From the NCBI GenBank assembly GCA_041167085.1, contig JBEEGV010000028.1, forward strand, positions 2,463 to 66,462: a stretch of DNA of 64,000 nucleotides, given 5' to 3'. A program made the position numbers and the translations under genes. Each line of letters opens with the position of its first letter. The stretch's first letter is position 1. The DNA comes from Verrucomicrobiota bacterium (GTDB taxonomy: Bacteria > Verrucomicrobiota > Verrucomicrobiia > Chthoniobacterales > UBA10450). This document shows, one piece after another, positions 36,631 to 45,823 of the stretch. The notes under the pieces are model-generated. The model had not been told where the DNA came from and ran no database searches. It saw only the letters and a program-made list of their open reading frames with translations.

Positions 36631-36722
36631 GTAGCCACGCCGCTCTGTCGCCGTGCCGGTTGAACGCCCCGACCCACCTTCGCGTCGCTCCGGCGCGGCG
36701 GGCAGAGCGGGGCGGCTACACG
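36631..36722. repeat. ~95-bp hairpin element, copy A (GTAGCCAC...GGCTACAC)
   Basis: Near-identical to 47751-47849, sharing ...cgacccaccttcgcgtcgctccggcgcggcgggcagagcggggcggctacac. The arms gtagccacgccgctctgtcgccg and cggcgggcagagcggggcggctac are complementary. Confidence 0.85.
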
Positions 36723-36738
36723 AACCCGCGTCGGCCTT

Positions 36739-36767
36739 CCAGGTAGGGACGGTTCTCCGAACCGTCC
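36739..36767 (+). repeat. CAGGTAGGGACGG hairpin motif, copy 1
   Basis: ccaggtagggacggTTctccgAAccgtcc here, against tcaggtagggacggCTctccaAGccgtcc at 49278-49306. Confidence 0.8.
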
Positions 36768-36970
36768 GGGCGAGTAGGCCCAATTAAATCGATTATGAGC
36801 CGGATCAGCAGCAACAGCACGAGCACGAGCAGAAGCATTCCCTTTCCATTGGACGTTGAGCGTTGAGCGTTGAGCGTTTGCTTTTAGGCGGGAGAGGCAG
36901 CGTCTCCCAAACTATAGGGTCTCTGTGTCAGCCCCGAATGCTTTCGGGGGTTACAGAAACGGCCTGCAAA

Positions 36971-37888
36971 TCAAAAAGCGCCGTGCAACGAAAGCATGCC
37001 GTAAGGTGCGCTGCCATCTTCGTGAAATCGAATATTCGCGCGATAAAAATCAAAATTCCGATAGGGCTGATAACCGGCCTCGGCCGTTAGGATCACGTTG
37101 GGCGTGATTTTCCAGTCGGCGCCCAGGCCGGTGCGAACTTCACTGTAGGTAAGGACGGCATGGTTCAGGACTGGGTTTCCGTGCGAGTCGCCAAAGTGTT
37201 CGTCCACGCGAAAGTTGGTCTCTTTGACATTCGCGCCGAGATACAATGTCAGGCTTTTCGTCCCTTCGAATTCAATCCGCGGCTCCGGCAGCACAGCATT
37301 GACGACCCATTGCCGGGCAATCTTCCAGCGGACGCCCGCGGCGGGGAGCACAGGATACTTGCGCTCGATGTCGACGCTGACGCCGACAATGAACTGCAAG
37401 TTTGGATTATAGATATACGTGCCGCCTACGATGAAGGGCATGTTCACCTCATCAAAGCTGAGATGATTTGTGCCATAGAAACCGGGTTGAGCTTCGAGTC
37501 GGACAAGGATCGAATCGGAAAACTGCGTATCCAGTCCAACAATCAGGCTGGCGGATTGCAACGTATCGGGAAGAGGAGCGTTATTCGGCATGCCGAAATC
37601 GAAGCGCTCCCATTCCATCCCTATGCGTAAGACGCCGATTTTGATTCGCGGCGTCAGGACAAACCGCAAAATGATATCACTTTCCGAAAAATCCCGAACA
37701 ATCGTCCTTCCGCGTTCGACATCAGCGTCACCAATGTAAGTTGCTTCCGCGACGTATTCTCCGGTTAGGGAGAATATCGGCTTGAACGAACTGTCCGTTG
37801 TGTTTTCGTTCGCCTCCTCGCCCTGTGTGCCAGCCGAAATCGAGCCAAGAGCCACCACCATTCCCAGCAGTTGAACGAACCATTTCAT
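36971..37888 (-). CDS. outer-membrane beta-barrel protein (paralog of 44909-45823)
   Basis: Signal peptide MKWFVQLLGMVVALGSISA. Terminal LSLHGAF. Motifs shared with the paralog: ERFDFG/DRFDFS, LEAQPGFYG/LEVRPGFYT, LPAAGVRW/VPVAGFVW. Confidence 0.65.
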   Translation of the reverse strand: MKWFVQLLGMVVALGSISAGTQGEEANENTTDSSFKPIFSLTGEYVAEATYIGDADVERGRTIVRDFSESDIILRFVLTPRIKIGVLRIGMEWERFDFGMPNNAPLPDTLQSASLIVGLDTQFSDSILVRLEAQPGFYGTNHLSFDEVNMPFIVGGTYIYNPNLQFIVGVSVDIERKYPVLPAAGVRWKIARQWVVNAVLPEPRIEFEGTKSLTLYLGANVKETNFRVDEHFGDSHGNPVLNHAVLTYSEVRTGLGADWKITPNVILTAEAGYQPYRNFDFYRANIRFHEDGSAPYGMLSLHGAF

Positions 37889-37892
37889 ATCG

Positions 37893-38900
37893 TCAACGAC
37901 CTCCGGAATCGCGTCGAAACGTTGTGATGGCCCTGGCGATGTCTTTGACCATGACGGATTCGGAGGCCAGGCGTTCTACTCCATGTAGTGATTCAAGCGC
38001 GGCTGACGAAATCATATCTCCTCGCCATACCAGGGTAGAAGCTTTGCCCTCCACAGTCACCGGCCACATTTGATAAAGCGTGAGTGCAACATAATAACCG
38101 CCGCTCGCGTAGTAAAGCACATCAGCTGCTTGTCCGCTGTCGCTGCGCTTGTAAAAAGCGCCCAGGGTCAACACTCCCTGATCGTCCACGTCCATTAGTT
38201 CCCAATAAAGTTCGGGATTGATCCCACCGGGGCCGCGGCCAATTCCCGTCCCGTTGAGAAAGCCAGAAAAATGCTGGCGAATCTTGTCTTGCTGCTTCAA
38301 TAGAGCCTTCAGTTCTTCATTCGGACGAATGGCGTTGCCCGTGTGATCGTATGGAGGCTGGGCTGCGCTTCCACCCGAAACAAACAATTTCGCGCGCGCC
38401 GCGAGCAGGTCACTCCAAAAGGAGGCAACGGAGCCGCCCTTGAATTTCTTTGCTTCCGCCTCACTGATTTGGAGATCTCGGCTCATTTTTTTCGTAGCTT
38501 CAGTCAATGCCTGGCTCGGGCCATTGGCTAGAGCTCTATCCAATTTTGCGAAGAGATTCGCAGCGGTCGGAGAGGATGGGAGATCGCCGTGCAAAAAGAC
38601 TTTTAATTCCCGGTGTTGCGTTGGGTTCCATTGCCGGAGCGCCTCGAGCTGACGGGCAGGGGCACCGGGCGCGACGTAGCAGCTTTGCACGGAAAGATAT
38701 CGGCCGCTCGAGGGGGGACCATGCAGCGTTTTTACGTCGCTCTTGGCCAGCTCCGCCAGATCGATTCCGTCGAAGATGGAGAAGGATGCAAGCTCCGCGG
38801 CTGGATCGGCCGCCCGAATACGCGCAGCAAAGGAGGGGAGCAAAAGAATGAGCGCGAGGAATCTCGTGTATTGTCTCCGGCGCATAAATTGGAATCTCAT
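37893..38900 (-). CDS. secreted hypothetical protein
   Basis: Signal peptide FLALILLLPSFAARIRAADP. The 335-aa ORF ends 5 bp upstream of the barrel gene start. I recognised no motif. Confidence 0.6.
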   Translation of the reverse strand: MRFQFMRRRQYTRFLALILLLPSFAARIRAADPAAELASFSIFDGIDLAELAKSDVKTLHGPPSSGRYLSVQSCYVAPGAPARQLEALRQWNPTQHRELKVFLHGDLPSSPTAANLFAKLDRALANGPSQALTEATKKMSRDLQISEAEAKKFKGGSVASFWSDLLAARAKLFVSGGSAAQPPYDHTGNAIRPNEELKALLKQQDKIRQHFSGFLNGTGIGRGPGGINPELYWELMDVDDQGVLTLGAFYKRSDSGQAADVLYYASGGYYVALTLYQMWPVTVEGKASTLVWRGDMISSAALESLHGVERLASESVMVKDIARAITTFRRDSGGR

Positions 38901-38968
38901 AAGGCTAGTTAACTGCCCGCAGGCGATGGTTGCAAATTCGCAGGCATCAACGCAATTACGTTTTGAAA

Positions 38969-39913
38969 ATGAATCAACCGGTGATCGTGTTCAACCATCT
39001 CGGCAAGAGCTTCGGCAAACTGGAAGCCGTTCGCGATCTCTCATTCAGCATCGATTCGGCGGCGATTTTTGGTTTCCTGGGTGCTAACGGTGCGGGCAAA
39101 ACGACCACGATTCGTATGCTGTGCGGACTGACGCACCCGACAAGTGGAACGGCCACCATCGCTGGGCACGACGTTTGGAAAGATCGACACCGTGTGCGAG
39201 CGAAGTTTGGTTACGTCGCCCAACGCTTTAGTCTCTACCCCGACCTGACCGTGGAAGAGAATTTTCGTTTTTTCGGCGGCGCCTGCCGTGTGCCGGCCGC
39301 GGAACTGACGAGAAGAATCGCCGGTTTGCTTCGCCTGACCGATTTGGAAGGCAAGCGAGCGGTCCCGGCTGGAAGTTTATCCGGGGGAATGCGGCAGTTG
39401 CTCGCGCTGGGATGCGCCCTGGTTCACGATCCACCCCTGCTTTTTTTGGACGAGCCCACCTCGGGCCTGGATCCAGTACATCGGCAGCAAATCTGGAATT
39501 TGCTCTACGATTTGAGCAACGAGGGAAAAACGATCTTTGTCACAACCCATTACATGGATGAAGCGGAGCGCTGCACCGAAGTTGGCTTTCTGGAGAGCGG
39601 TCAACTTTTGGCCAAAGCACCGCCCCGGGAGCTTAAATCAAGCTTTCGCACCAAGTTGTTGGAAATCGAGGTCGAACCGGTCATGCCGGCATTGGTCCAG
39701 CTGCGAAATTTACCGGACGTGCTCGGGGTTTCCCTGCGCAGCGGCCGACTGCGGATTTTTGCGCAGGATCCGGAGGCTCTTCTGGCAAGTTGGCGTGATC
39801 GCTGGCCGCTTCACGACGCTCGACTGCTGAGCGACCGGTGGGTGGCCCCTGACATGGAAGACGTTTTCACCGCCTATTCGCAGCGTTACGACGCGTTATT
39901 AAACAAGCCATGA
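38969..39913 (+). CDS. ABC-2 type transporter ATP-binding protein
   Basis: Walker A GANGAGKTT, signature LSGGMRQ, Walker B LLFLDEPTSGLD. Confidence 0.9.
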   Translation: MNQPVIVFNHLGKSFGKLEAVRDLSFSIDSAAIFGFLGANGAGKTTTIRMLCGLTHPTSGTATIAGHDVWKDRHRVRAKFGYVAQRFSLYPDLTVEENFRFFGGACRVPAAELTRRIAGLLRLTDLEGKRAVPAGSLSGGMRQLLALGCALVHDPPLLFLDEPTSGLDPVHRQQIWNLLYDLSNEGKTIFVTTHYMDEAERCTEVGFLESGQLLAKAPPRELKSSFRTKLLEIEVEPVMPALVQLRNLPDVLGVSLRSGRLRIFAQDPEALLASWRDRWPLHDARLLSDRWVAPDMEDVFTAYSQRYDALLNKP

Positions 39914-41097
39914 TCAGGACGTCCTTCGGTGCGATTGCCAGCGTCGCTTACAAAGAGTTTTTGCATATCTACCGAGACCGACGGGTTCTGGCTTTGCTGC
40001 TCGTTCTTCCACCGTTGTTTACGTTGCTCTTTGGCCACGCCTTCGAGAACACCGAACTCACCAACGTTCCGTCCCTGCTGATCAATCGTGATCTCGTGTC
40101 GCGGACCGATCGGTTCGTGGAAATTATCTCGAAGAACCCAACCTTTCGCTGGCATCAAGGATCCGCTGACACCAAACAGGAAGCGGATTTGATCGGCCAC
40201 GGTGTCAAAGCAGTATTAATCATTCCCGCCGGCTGGAGCGACAGCCTGACGAATGGCAATCCTATGCCGCTGCCCCTTTATCTGGACGGGAGCGATACGA
40301 ATACGGCGTCCGCCGTAGAGGGAGCAGTGCAAAAAAGTTTGGCGGAGTTTCAGGTCAAAGAACGCGATGCCATCGTGGAATCCCTGCCGGATGAAGTCAT
40401 CGAGCTCGGCAAGAAACTGCCGGTGCAGGTCCGAAAACAATTCGTGTCGCTGATGGAAGCCTGGACGACGCGGAGCAAGATTCTTTACAATCCGACGTCG
40501 CGTTACATCGAGTACGTTATTCCCGGCATCATCGGTCTGATCCTGCAATTGCTCACTGTTACCTTGACGGCTTGCACGATCGCGCGGGAGCGGGAATCGG
40601 GCACCCTTTATCAATTGATGGTGACATCGCTGAAGCGCGGCGAAATCGTTATCGGCAAGATTCTGCCTTACCTTGCTGTCTCGATTTTTCTCATCGTGGT
40701 GATCACGGCAGTGGCCGGTTTGCATTTCCATGTTCAGTTTCATGAGCCGGCGATGCTGGCGTTGATCTGTCTGCTTTTCCTGCTCTGCTCACTCGGCCTT
40801 GGCCTGCTGATCTCGGCTTTTTCGCGCACGCAAACCCAGGCGATTCAATTCTCCGTTTTCTTTCTCTTACCCGTTTTTGTCCTCTCTGGCGCGTTCGCTC
40901 CCTTGGAGCAACTTCCAACTGCGGTTCGCTACGTCGCCGAAACTTTTCCACTGACGCATTTTTGCCGGGCTTTTCGGTTGGTGAACATGTATCGCGCGAG
41001 CCCCGGATTTTACGTTGTCGACCTGGTTGTGCTTTTCCTTGGAGCTCTCATCACGTTTTTGGGCGCGGCCTATTTGCTGAAGCGAATCGAAGAATAG
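39910..41097 (+). CDS. ABC-2 type transporter permease
   Basis: N-terminal TM, a large extracytoplasmic loop and 5 C-terminal TMs. ATGA overlap with the ATPase gene. Confidence 0.85.
   Translation: MIRTSFGAIASVAYKEFLHIYRDRRVLALLLVLPPLFTLLFGHAFENTELTNVPSLLINRDLVSRTDRFVEIISKNPTFRWHQGSADTKQEADLIGHGVKAVLIIPAGWSDSLTNGNPMPLPLYLDGSDTNTASAVEGAVQKSLAEFQVKERDAIVESLPDEVIELGKKLPVQVRKQFVSLMEAWTTRSKILYNPTSRYIEYVIPGIIGLILQLLTVTLTACTIARERESGTLYQLMVTSLKRGEIVIGKILPYLAVSIFLIVVITAVAGLHFHVQFHEPAMLALICLLFLLCSLGLGLLISAFSRTQTQAIQFSVFFLLPVFVLSGAFAPLEQLPTAVRYVAETFPLTHFCRAFRLVNMYRASPGFYVVDLVVLFLGALITFLGAAYLLKRIEE
41051..41097 (+). repeat. direct repeat copy 1 (the authentic 3' end of the ABC-2 permease gene)
   Basis: tcacgtttttgggcgcggcctatttgctgaagcgaatcgaagaatag is repeated at 44368-44413. 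Confidence 0.9.
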
Positions 41098-41323
41098 CTG
41101 GGCCAGCGGCGCCTCGTTATCGTTCAGGTAGTCAGGGAGGTCGTATGATGATACAATGTTCTCTGCCCATCAGACGACTGGATGGGTTGTGAGTTTCCGA
41201 TCCCTTTTTGATACTCACCGCCGTGAGCTTCCGCCGAAGCGGCCACATCGAGTAGAACGTGCGCGGAAAAGACGTGCAAAGTGAAGTTTTTATGTGTAAA
41301 ACGAAAACTCTGTTCCTTACCGG

Positions 41324-44308
41324 ATGAAAAATTGTCTTCGCGCGCTTCGGCGTTCTGCTCCTCTCCAACTTGCTGTTGGAGTGTTTCTTCTCGTCGTTCT
41401 GCCCCGGGCGGGACTCGCCGCCGATCGGCCACAATCTCCTGCAAGCATAGGCGCCAAGCTGGTAATCCACGCCGGAGCTGAGCCTCTTCACGGCGATCGG
41501 GATAGTCTTGTCCGGATGAGTCAGGCAACAGGTACAACCGAGCGCGCCACAGCAAACACGACAGCAGCGCCTGTAGCATCCCGATTTGTGCCAGCAACTC
41601 CAGGCCCTCAGCCGTTTTGGTATTACGCTGCTTTCGGCTCCGGCATTGGCGCGAGTAACATTGTCATTGGACCCATTTCTGCGGGTGGAGGAGCGCCGGA
41701 AATTCTCGTTGGCGGCAATTCCAATCACGATTCCGGCCTGGACGATTTTTGGCAGGCATTACGATATAACCCCACAACGGGCAATTATGACCAAATTTTC
41801 GTCAGCCCGATCTATCCCCAAAGTTATTATAACGCGGCCGTTATACGAATCGGGATCGCGAATATTATTGGCGATTCAAATCCGGAAATTGTCGCGATGT
41901 ACAATGACGGACGCATTCATATCTATGATTTCGCGACGAAAAAAGAACTCGGTTATATCGACACCGGGCATACCGACGTACAGGGACTGGCCTTGAGCGA
42001 TCTCGATGGTGACGGCCGCGCGGAGTTGCTCGTGACGACGCTAAACACCCTGCTCGTTTACAACGGCTCGGGTGACCTGCTTTGGCAAGTCGCAGGCGCG
42101 GGTGGCTCCGACGTAGTCGTGGGACAAATGGATAACGATCCCGCCTTGGAGATTGCCACGACGAATGGGGCGGTGGTTGATGTCGGTACTCATGCCGTGC
42201 AATGGACTCGTAGTGGCGGATTCGGGGCGCACCTGCGGCTGGCTCCGCTTCCGGGCGAAAACTACCAGCAACTAATTGGGGCTGTAACCGAGCAAGCGGC
42301 CAATGGATATCCCGCCTACTATGTCTATGCCTACGATATCGCCCGGCAGCTGCTTCGGTGGTCGATACCTTCTACATATCGTATCGACGCCGTTGAGGTA
42401 GCGGATGTGGACAACGATGGCACGCCGGAGGTGATACTCGGCGATGGGACCTTTAACAATAACCAATCCAGCACGGTGCATGTGCACGATCTGATTACGC
42501 AGGCGCAAAAGTGGGCGATCAATAATCCCGAACACGGGGTTACGAATATCGCCGTCGCCGACGTTAATGGAGATGGCGTTGTCGATCTCCTTTGGGGTGC
42601 TGGCGGGGATTTGGACAAGACAGCTCATCTTTACGTGGCAGACACAAACAACAGGCACGTTATTAACTGGCAAGACCTCGATCTGCGGGGGCCTTTTGTC
42701 GGGCCAGCAATTGGCGACCTCGACGGCGACGGTCAACCCGAGCTAGTAGTCTGCGCGTACACACAGGCGTCGAACGACTATAGCCAGAGCGGTGTCATTC
42801 TCGTATTCGACCTCGCAACTCTGACTCTACGGGCGGTGTCGCCGCCGGTGGTTGACGGTGGAGCAACTGCGATTCATGATCTGAAATTGCGCGATGTCAA
42901 TGGCGACGGACGCATGGAGATCGTGATCGCTTCGGAGTTCGGGTACGGGAATGCCGGTGTGATCGAGATTTATTCTTTCGACTCATCCAACGCATTTACG
43001 CGCATCTGGACAAACCCGACGCGGCCTCAGTATTCGCCTTTTAGCTTCGTAGAAGTGGCGGATCTCGACGGCAATGGGACTCAGGAAATCATCGCTGGAA
43101 GCACGGTTACAAGCAGCGCCGCGCCGGGTAGTTTCGTTTATATCTACGATTACCCTTCTACTACTCCCTGGACTTCGGTGAACTTCGGCGCATTTACCGG
43201 AGTCACCGGCTTGCTCGTTGACGATCTGGATGGAAATGGCAGCAAAGAGATCGTCGCGCTCATTTCCGGCCGTGACCTCTACACCTTCGATGGTCCGAGC
43301 CGCCAGTTACGGAATCTGCGGCAGGGTACCGGCTTCACGACGCTGGGCAATCGAGTTAGCGCGGCTGGCTTGGTCACGGGAGATAATGCAGCCGTGGGAC
43401 ATTTTCTGCGGTATGCCAGCAATAATTACACTGAAAATTTCCTACGTCAGTTCGGTCCGGTCGGAAGTGGCAACATCACTGGTATTAATGCGTTTCCGGA
43501 CGGCACGCTTTGGACCGCCAGCGCAGGTGTTCTGAATTTGCGTCTGCCGCCATCCTACAGTGGCGGGGCATGGACAAGCCCATTCATGGGCGATGGTTTC
43601 GGCCGCTTCGTCGCCACGGATATTCGCGACGGCCAGAACCGCGTTTTCAGCTCAGGAGGTCACATGGTAGCGGGCCTGGCTTACACGGTGAATGCAAATC
43701 CAACGCCTACTCCGGTTCCAACTCCGATTCCAATTCTCCTGCCAAAAGCGACTCTCCTGTCACCTGATGCGAATGCTGTTGTAACCTGCCCGCAAGACTT
43801 CAGTTGGCTCCTAAGTGATAACAGCAGCGTGCTAATCTATTTTGCCGCGTCGGCCAACCGCCCCGCGGGCTCAGTCGGGACAGCTGAATCGAATGCCGTC
43901 TATTCGGGCGGCGGTGTATTTTCCCTTACGCCCGACATATTCAGCGAGCTCGTTACAGATCTGGGAAGCAGCCCGACCTACTACTGGACGGTAGGCAACC
44001 CCAATTACACGCTGAAGCAACAATACGCCGATTGGCGGCCCTTCACTACGGCCCCTCCCACCTCGGCGCCGGTTATTTCTCCGAAAGGGCGTTCTTTTAA
44101 GCAAAAGACTTCCGTGAAGCTAACCGCTGCGCCTGGGGCAACAATTTACTATACTCTCGATAGCCACGTTCCAACCAGGTCCTCCTTGATTTACACTTCC
44201 CCAATTACCCTCACCGCCACGACGCCTATTTTCGCGAAGGCGGTTCAAACCGGGTACAATGACAGTGCCATCGTCTCGGCGCTGTTTGTGAAAAAGCGCG
44301 GCCACTAG
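41324..44308 (+). CDS. FG-GAP/VCBS repeat beta-propeller protein with C-terminal chitobiase/Fn3_assoc-like domain
   Basis: At least 7 Ca-binding FG-GAP loops: DLDGDGRAELLV, DVDNDGTPEVILG, DVNGDGVVDLLWG, DLDGDGQPELVVC, DVNGDGRMEIVIA, DLDGNGTQEIIAG, DLDGNGSKEIVAL. C-terminal ATIYYTLDSHVPTRSSLIYTSPITL. Confidence 0.85.
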   Translation: MKNCLRALRRSAPLQLAVGVFLLVVLPRAGLAADRPQSPASIGAKLVIHAGAEPLHGDRDSLVRMSQATGTTERATANTTAAPVASRFVPATPGPQPFWYYAAFGSGIGASNIVIGPISAGGGAPEILVGGNSNHDSGLDDFWQALRYNPTTGNYDQIFVSPIYPQSYYNAAVIRIGIANIIGDSNPEIVAMYNDGRIHIYDFATKKELGYIDTGHTDVQGLALSDLDGDGRAELLVTTLNTLLVYNGSGDLLWQVAGAGGSDVVVGQMDNDPALEIATTNGAVVDVGTHAVQWTRSGGFGAHLRLAPLPGENYQQLIGAVTEQAANGYPAYYVYAYDIARQLLRWSIPSTYRIDAVEVADVDNDGTPEVILGDGTFNNNQSSTVHVHDLITQAQKWAINNPEHGVTNIAVADVNGDGVVDLLWGAGGDLDKTAHLYVADTNNRHVINWQDLDLRGPFVGPAIGDLDGDGQPELVVCAYTQASNDYSQSGVILVFDLATLTLRAVSPPVVDGGATAIHDLKLRDVNGDGRMEIVIASEFGYGNAGVIEIYSFDSSNAFTRIWTNPTRPQYSPFSFVEVADLDGNGTQEIIAGSTVTSSAAPGSFVYIYDYPSTTPWTSVNFGAFTGVTGLLVDDLDGNGSKEIVALISGRDLYTFDGPSRQLRNLRQGTGFTTLGNRVSAAGLVTGDNAAVGHFLRYASNNYTENFLRQFGPVGSGNITGINAFPDGTLWTASAGVLNLRLPPSYSGGAWTSPFMGDGFGRFVATDIRDGQNRVFSSGGHMVAGLAYTVNANPTPTPVPTPIPILLPKATLLSPDANAVVTCPQDFSWLLSDNSSVLIYFAASANRPAGSVGTAESNAVYSGGGVFSLTPDIFSELVTDLGSSPTYYWTVGNPNYTLKQQYADWRPFTTAPPTSAPVISPKGRSFKQKTSVKLTAAPGATIYYTLDSHVPTRSSLIYTSPITLTATTPIFAKAVQTGYNDSAIVSALFVKKRGH

Positions 44309-44367
44309 CAAATAGTCAGGCTTTACTTGCATCAGTCTTTTGGTGCTGCCGCTGCCCGGCGCGCTGG

Positions 44368-44413
44368 TCACTTTTTGGGCGCGGCCTATTTGCTAAAGCG
44401 AATCGAAGAATAA
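44368..44413 (+). repeat. direct repeat copy 2 (orphan copy of the permease 3' end)
   Basis: tcactttttgggcgcggcctatttgctaaagcgaatcgaagaataag still encodes FLGAAYLLKRIEE-stop, with only synonymous changes (ctg>cta, tag>taa). Confidence 0.9.
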
Positions 44414-44501
44414 GTTAATCGAAGGCATCGAGAAATGATTCGACTGGAATCTCCCGAAGCAGGCGACAGATCGATGGCCCGAGAATAATTTTGGATCAGT
44501 A

Positions 44502-44912
44502 ATGAAAACGAAAGTGCTCAGTTTACTCTGCGGACTCCTGTTTGTGGGTGCCTGCTCATTGCCTGCCGCGCCGATAAGACCGCGGGAGGCCGCCAATTCA
44601 ACCCCACAACAGGTGTTCGAGGGCATGCGCGGGAGCTTCCTGCCGGACAAAGCCAAAGGAGTCCAAGCATGCTACCAATTCGATCTGAGCGGACCGAACG
44701 GCGGACGATGGTGGATCGAAGTGAATGACGGAAAATGCCGGATCGAACGGGGAACAATTCACAATCCCGGCGTCACCTTTCTGGCGAGCGATCGCGATTG
44801 GGTGGCGCTTTCGAACGGAAAACTCCCGGGTTTTTGGGCGTATCTTACCGGCCGGTTAAAGATACACGGCGATCAAAAGCTGGCGCGGAAACTGGATGAA
44901 ATGTTCCGCTAG
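44502..44912 (+). CDS. secreted SCP2 (sterol/lipid carrier) domain protein
   Basis: Signal peptide MKTKVLSLLCGLLFVGACS. SCP2-like WWIEVNDGKCRIERG ... GKLPGFWAYLTGRLKIHGDQKLARKLDEMF. Confidence 0.7.
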   Translation: MKTKVLSLLCGLLFVGACSLPAAPIRPREAANSTPQQVFEGMRGSFLPDKAKGVQACYQFDLSGPNGGRWWIEVNDGKCRIERGTIHNPGVTFLASDRDWVALSNGKLPGFWAYLTGRLKIHGDQKLARKLDEMFR

Positions 44913-45823
44913 AACCTCGCCTTGATCTCGAGGCGCACGTACGGGGAAGGGTCCGTGCGGTAATTCTCCCCCGCGCGATGGAACAAGAAGGCGCGCTCAA
45001 TGGAATAGCCGGCGCCTAGATCGATGTCGATCTCGTTCCTCGGTGACCAGACAATCCCACCACCGGCGCGATAATCTTCAAAATCGACCTGCGTGCCGCT
45101 CAATTTTCCTACGTGCGGAATTCCCAGGAATGAATCGTGATGATCGGTCCGGAAGGAGCCGCCCTCGATCTCTCCACCAAGATAGAGGTCGATCTGCCGG
45201 TTGAGGGAATAAATTGCCCTCGGTTCCGACGGGACGGCCATGATGCGGAATTGTTTGTTAGGCACCCAAACAAAGCCGGCGACCGGCACGATACCTATCC
45301 CGCCCCGGAGAAAGCTATAATTGGCCCCGGTCAATATGTAGAGTTTGTTCGGCTGCAGAACCCAGAAGCGAATCAGCGTGATGGGACAATCAAACGAGGC
45401 CAGGCCGAGATGTTCTTCCGTGTAGAATCCGGGCCGCACCTCAAGCATCGCGCCAATATCCTGCCCATGCATGTAATCAACGCTGAAGACGGCGGCGCCG
45501 CTTTGCAGATGCACCGGCACTGGCGCGGTCGTGTTGCTAAAATCAAAGCGGTCGTAAGCGGCACCGGCGCGTGCGTACCAGTTCCCGGTAATCTCAAACC
45601 GATGGGCGTAGTAGAAGTGGTTCTGGATCTCGTCTTGCTGGCCGAAGCTGCCGCCGTGATTAAGGTCGCTTCCGAAAACGTAGGTATTCTCTGTATCGAA
45701 AATATCGATCGGGACCGACTTGGTCGTTTCGCTCGTCGTTATTTCGGGTTCCGTTCCACCCCGCGCGATTGCCGCGAGAAAAAGTGCCAGTACGATCCCG
45801 AATTGCGCGCCTGATAATTTCAT
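44909..45823 (-). CDS. outer-membrane beta-barrel protein (paralog of 36971-37888)
   Basis: Signal peptide MKLSGAQFGIVLALFLAAIA. Terminal RLEIKARF. Its stop overlaps the SCP2 gene stop (ctag). Confidence 0.65.
   Translation of the reverse strand: MKLSGAQFGIVLALFLAAIARGGTEPEITTSETTKSVPIDIFDTENTYVFGSDLNHGGSFGQQDEIQNHFYYAHRFEITGNWYARAGAAYDRFDFSNTTAPVPVHLQSGAAVFSVDYMHGQDIGAMLEVRPGFYTEEHLGLASFDCPITLIRFWVLQPNKLYILTGANYSFLRGGIGIVPVAGFVWVPNKQFRIMAVPSEPRAIYSLNRQIDLYLGGEIEGGSFRTDHHDSFLGIPHVGKLSGTQVDFEDYRAGGGIVWSPRNEIDIDLGAGYSIERAFLFHRAGENYRTDPSPYVRLEIKARF

Noticed and set aside
41098-44367. Integrative mobile element carrying the FG-GAP gene
   Set aside because: Direct repeats of the permease 3' end are real, but the segment has no integrase, transposase, excisionase or terminal inverted repeats. 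I report it as an insertion scar, not as a mobile element.
45137-45814. 225-aa plus-strand ORF
   Set aside because: It is antisense to the OM barrel paralog, which has a signal peptide, conserved blocks shared with its paralog and a terminal Phe.
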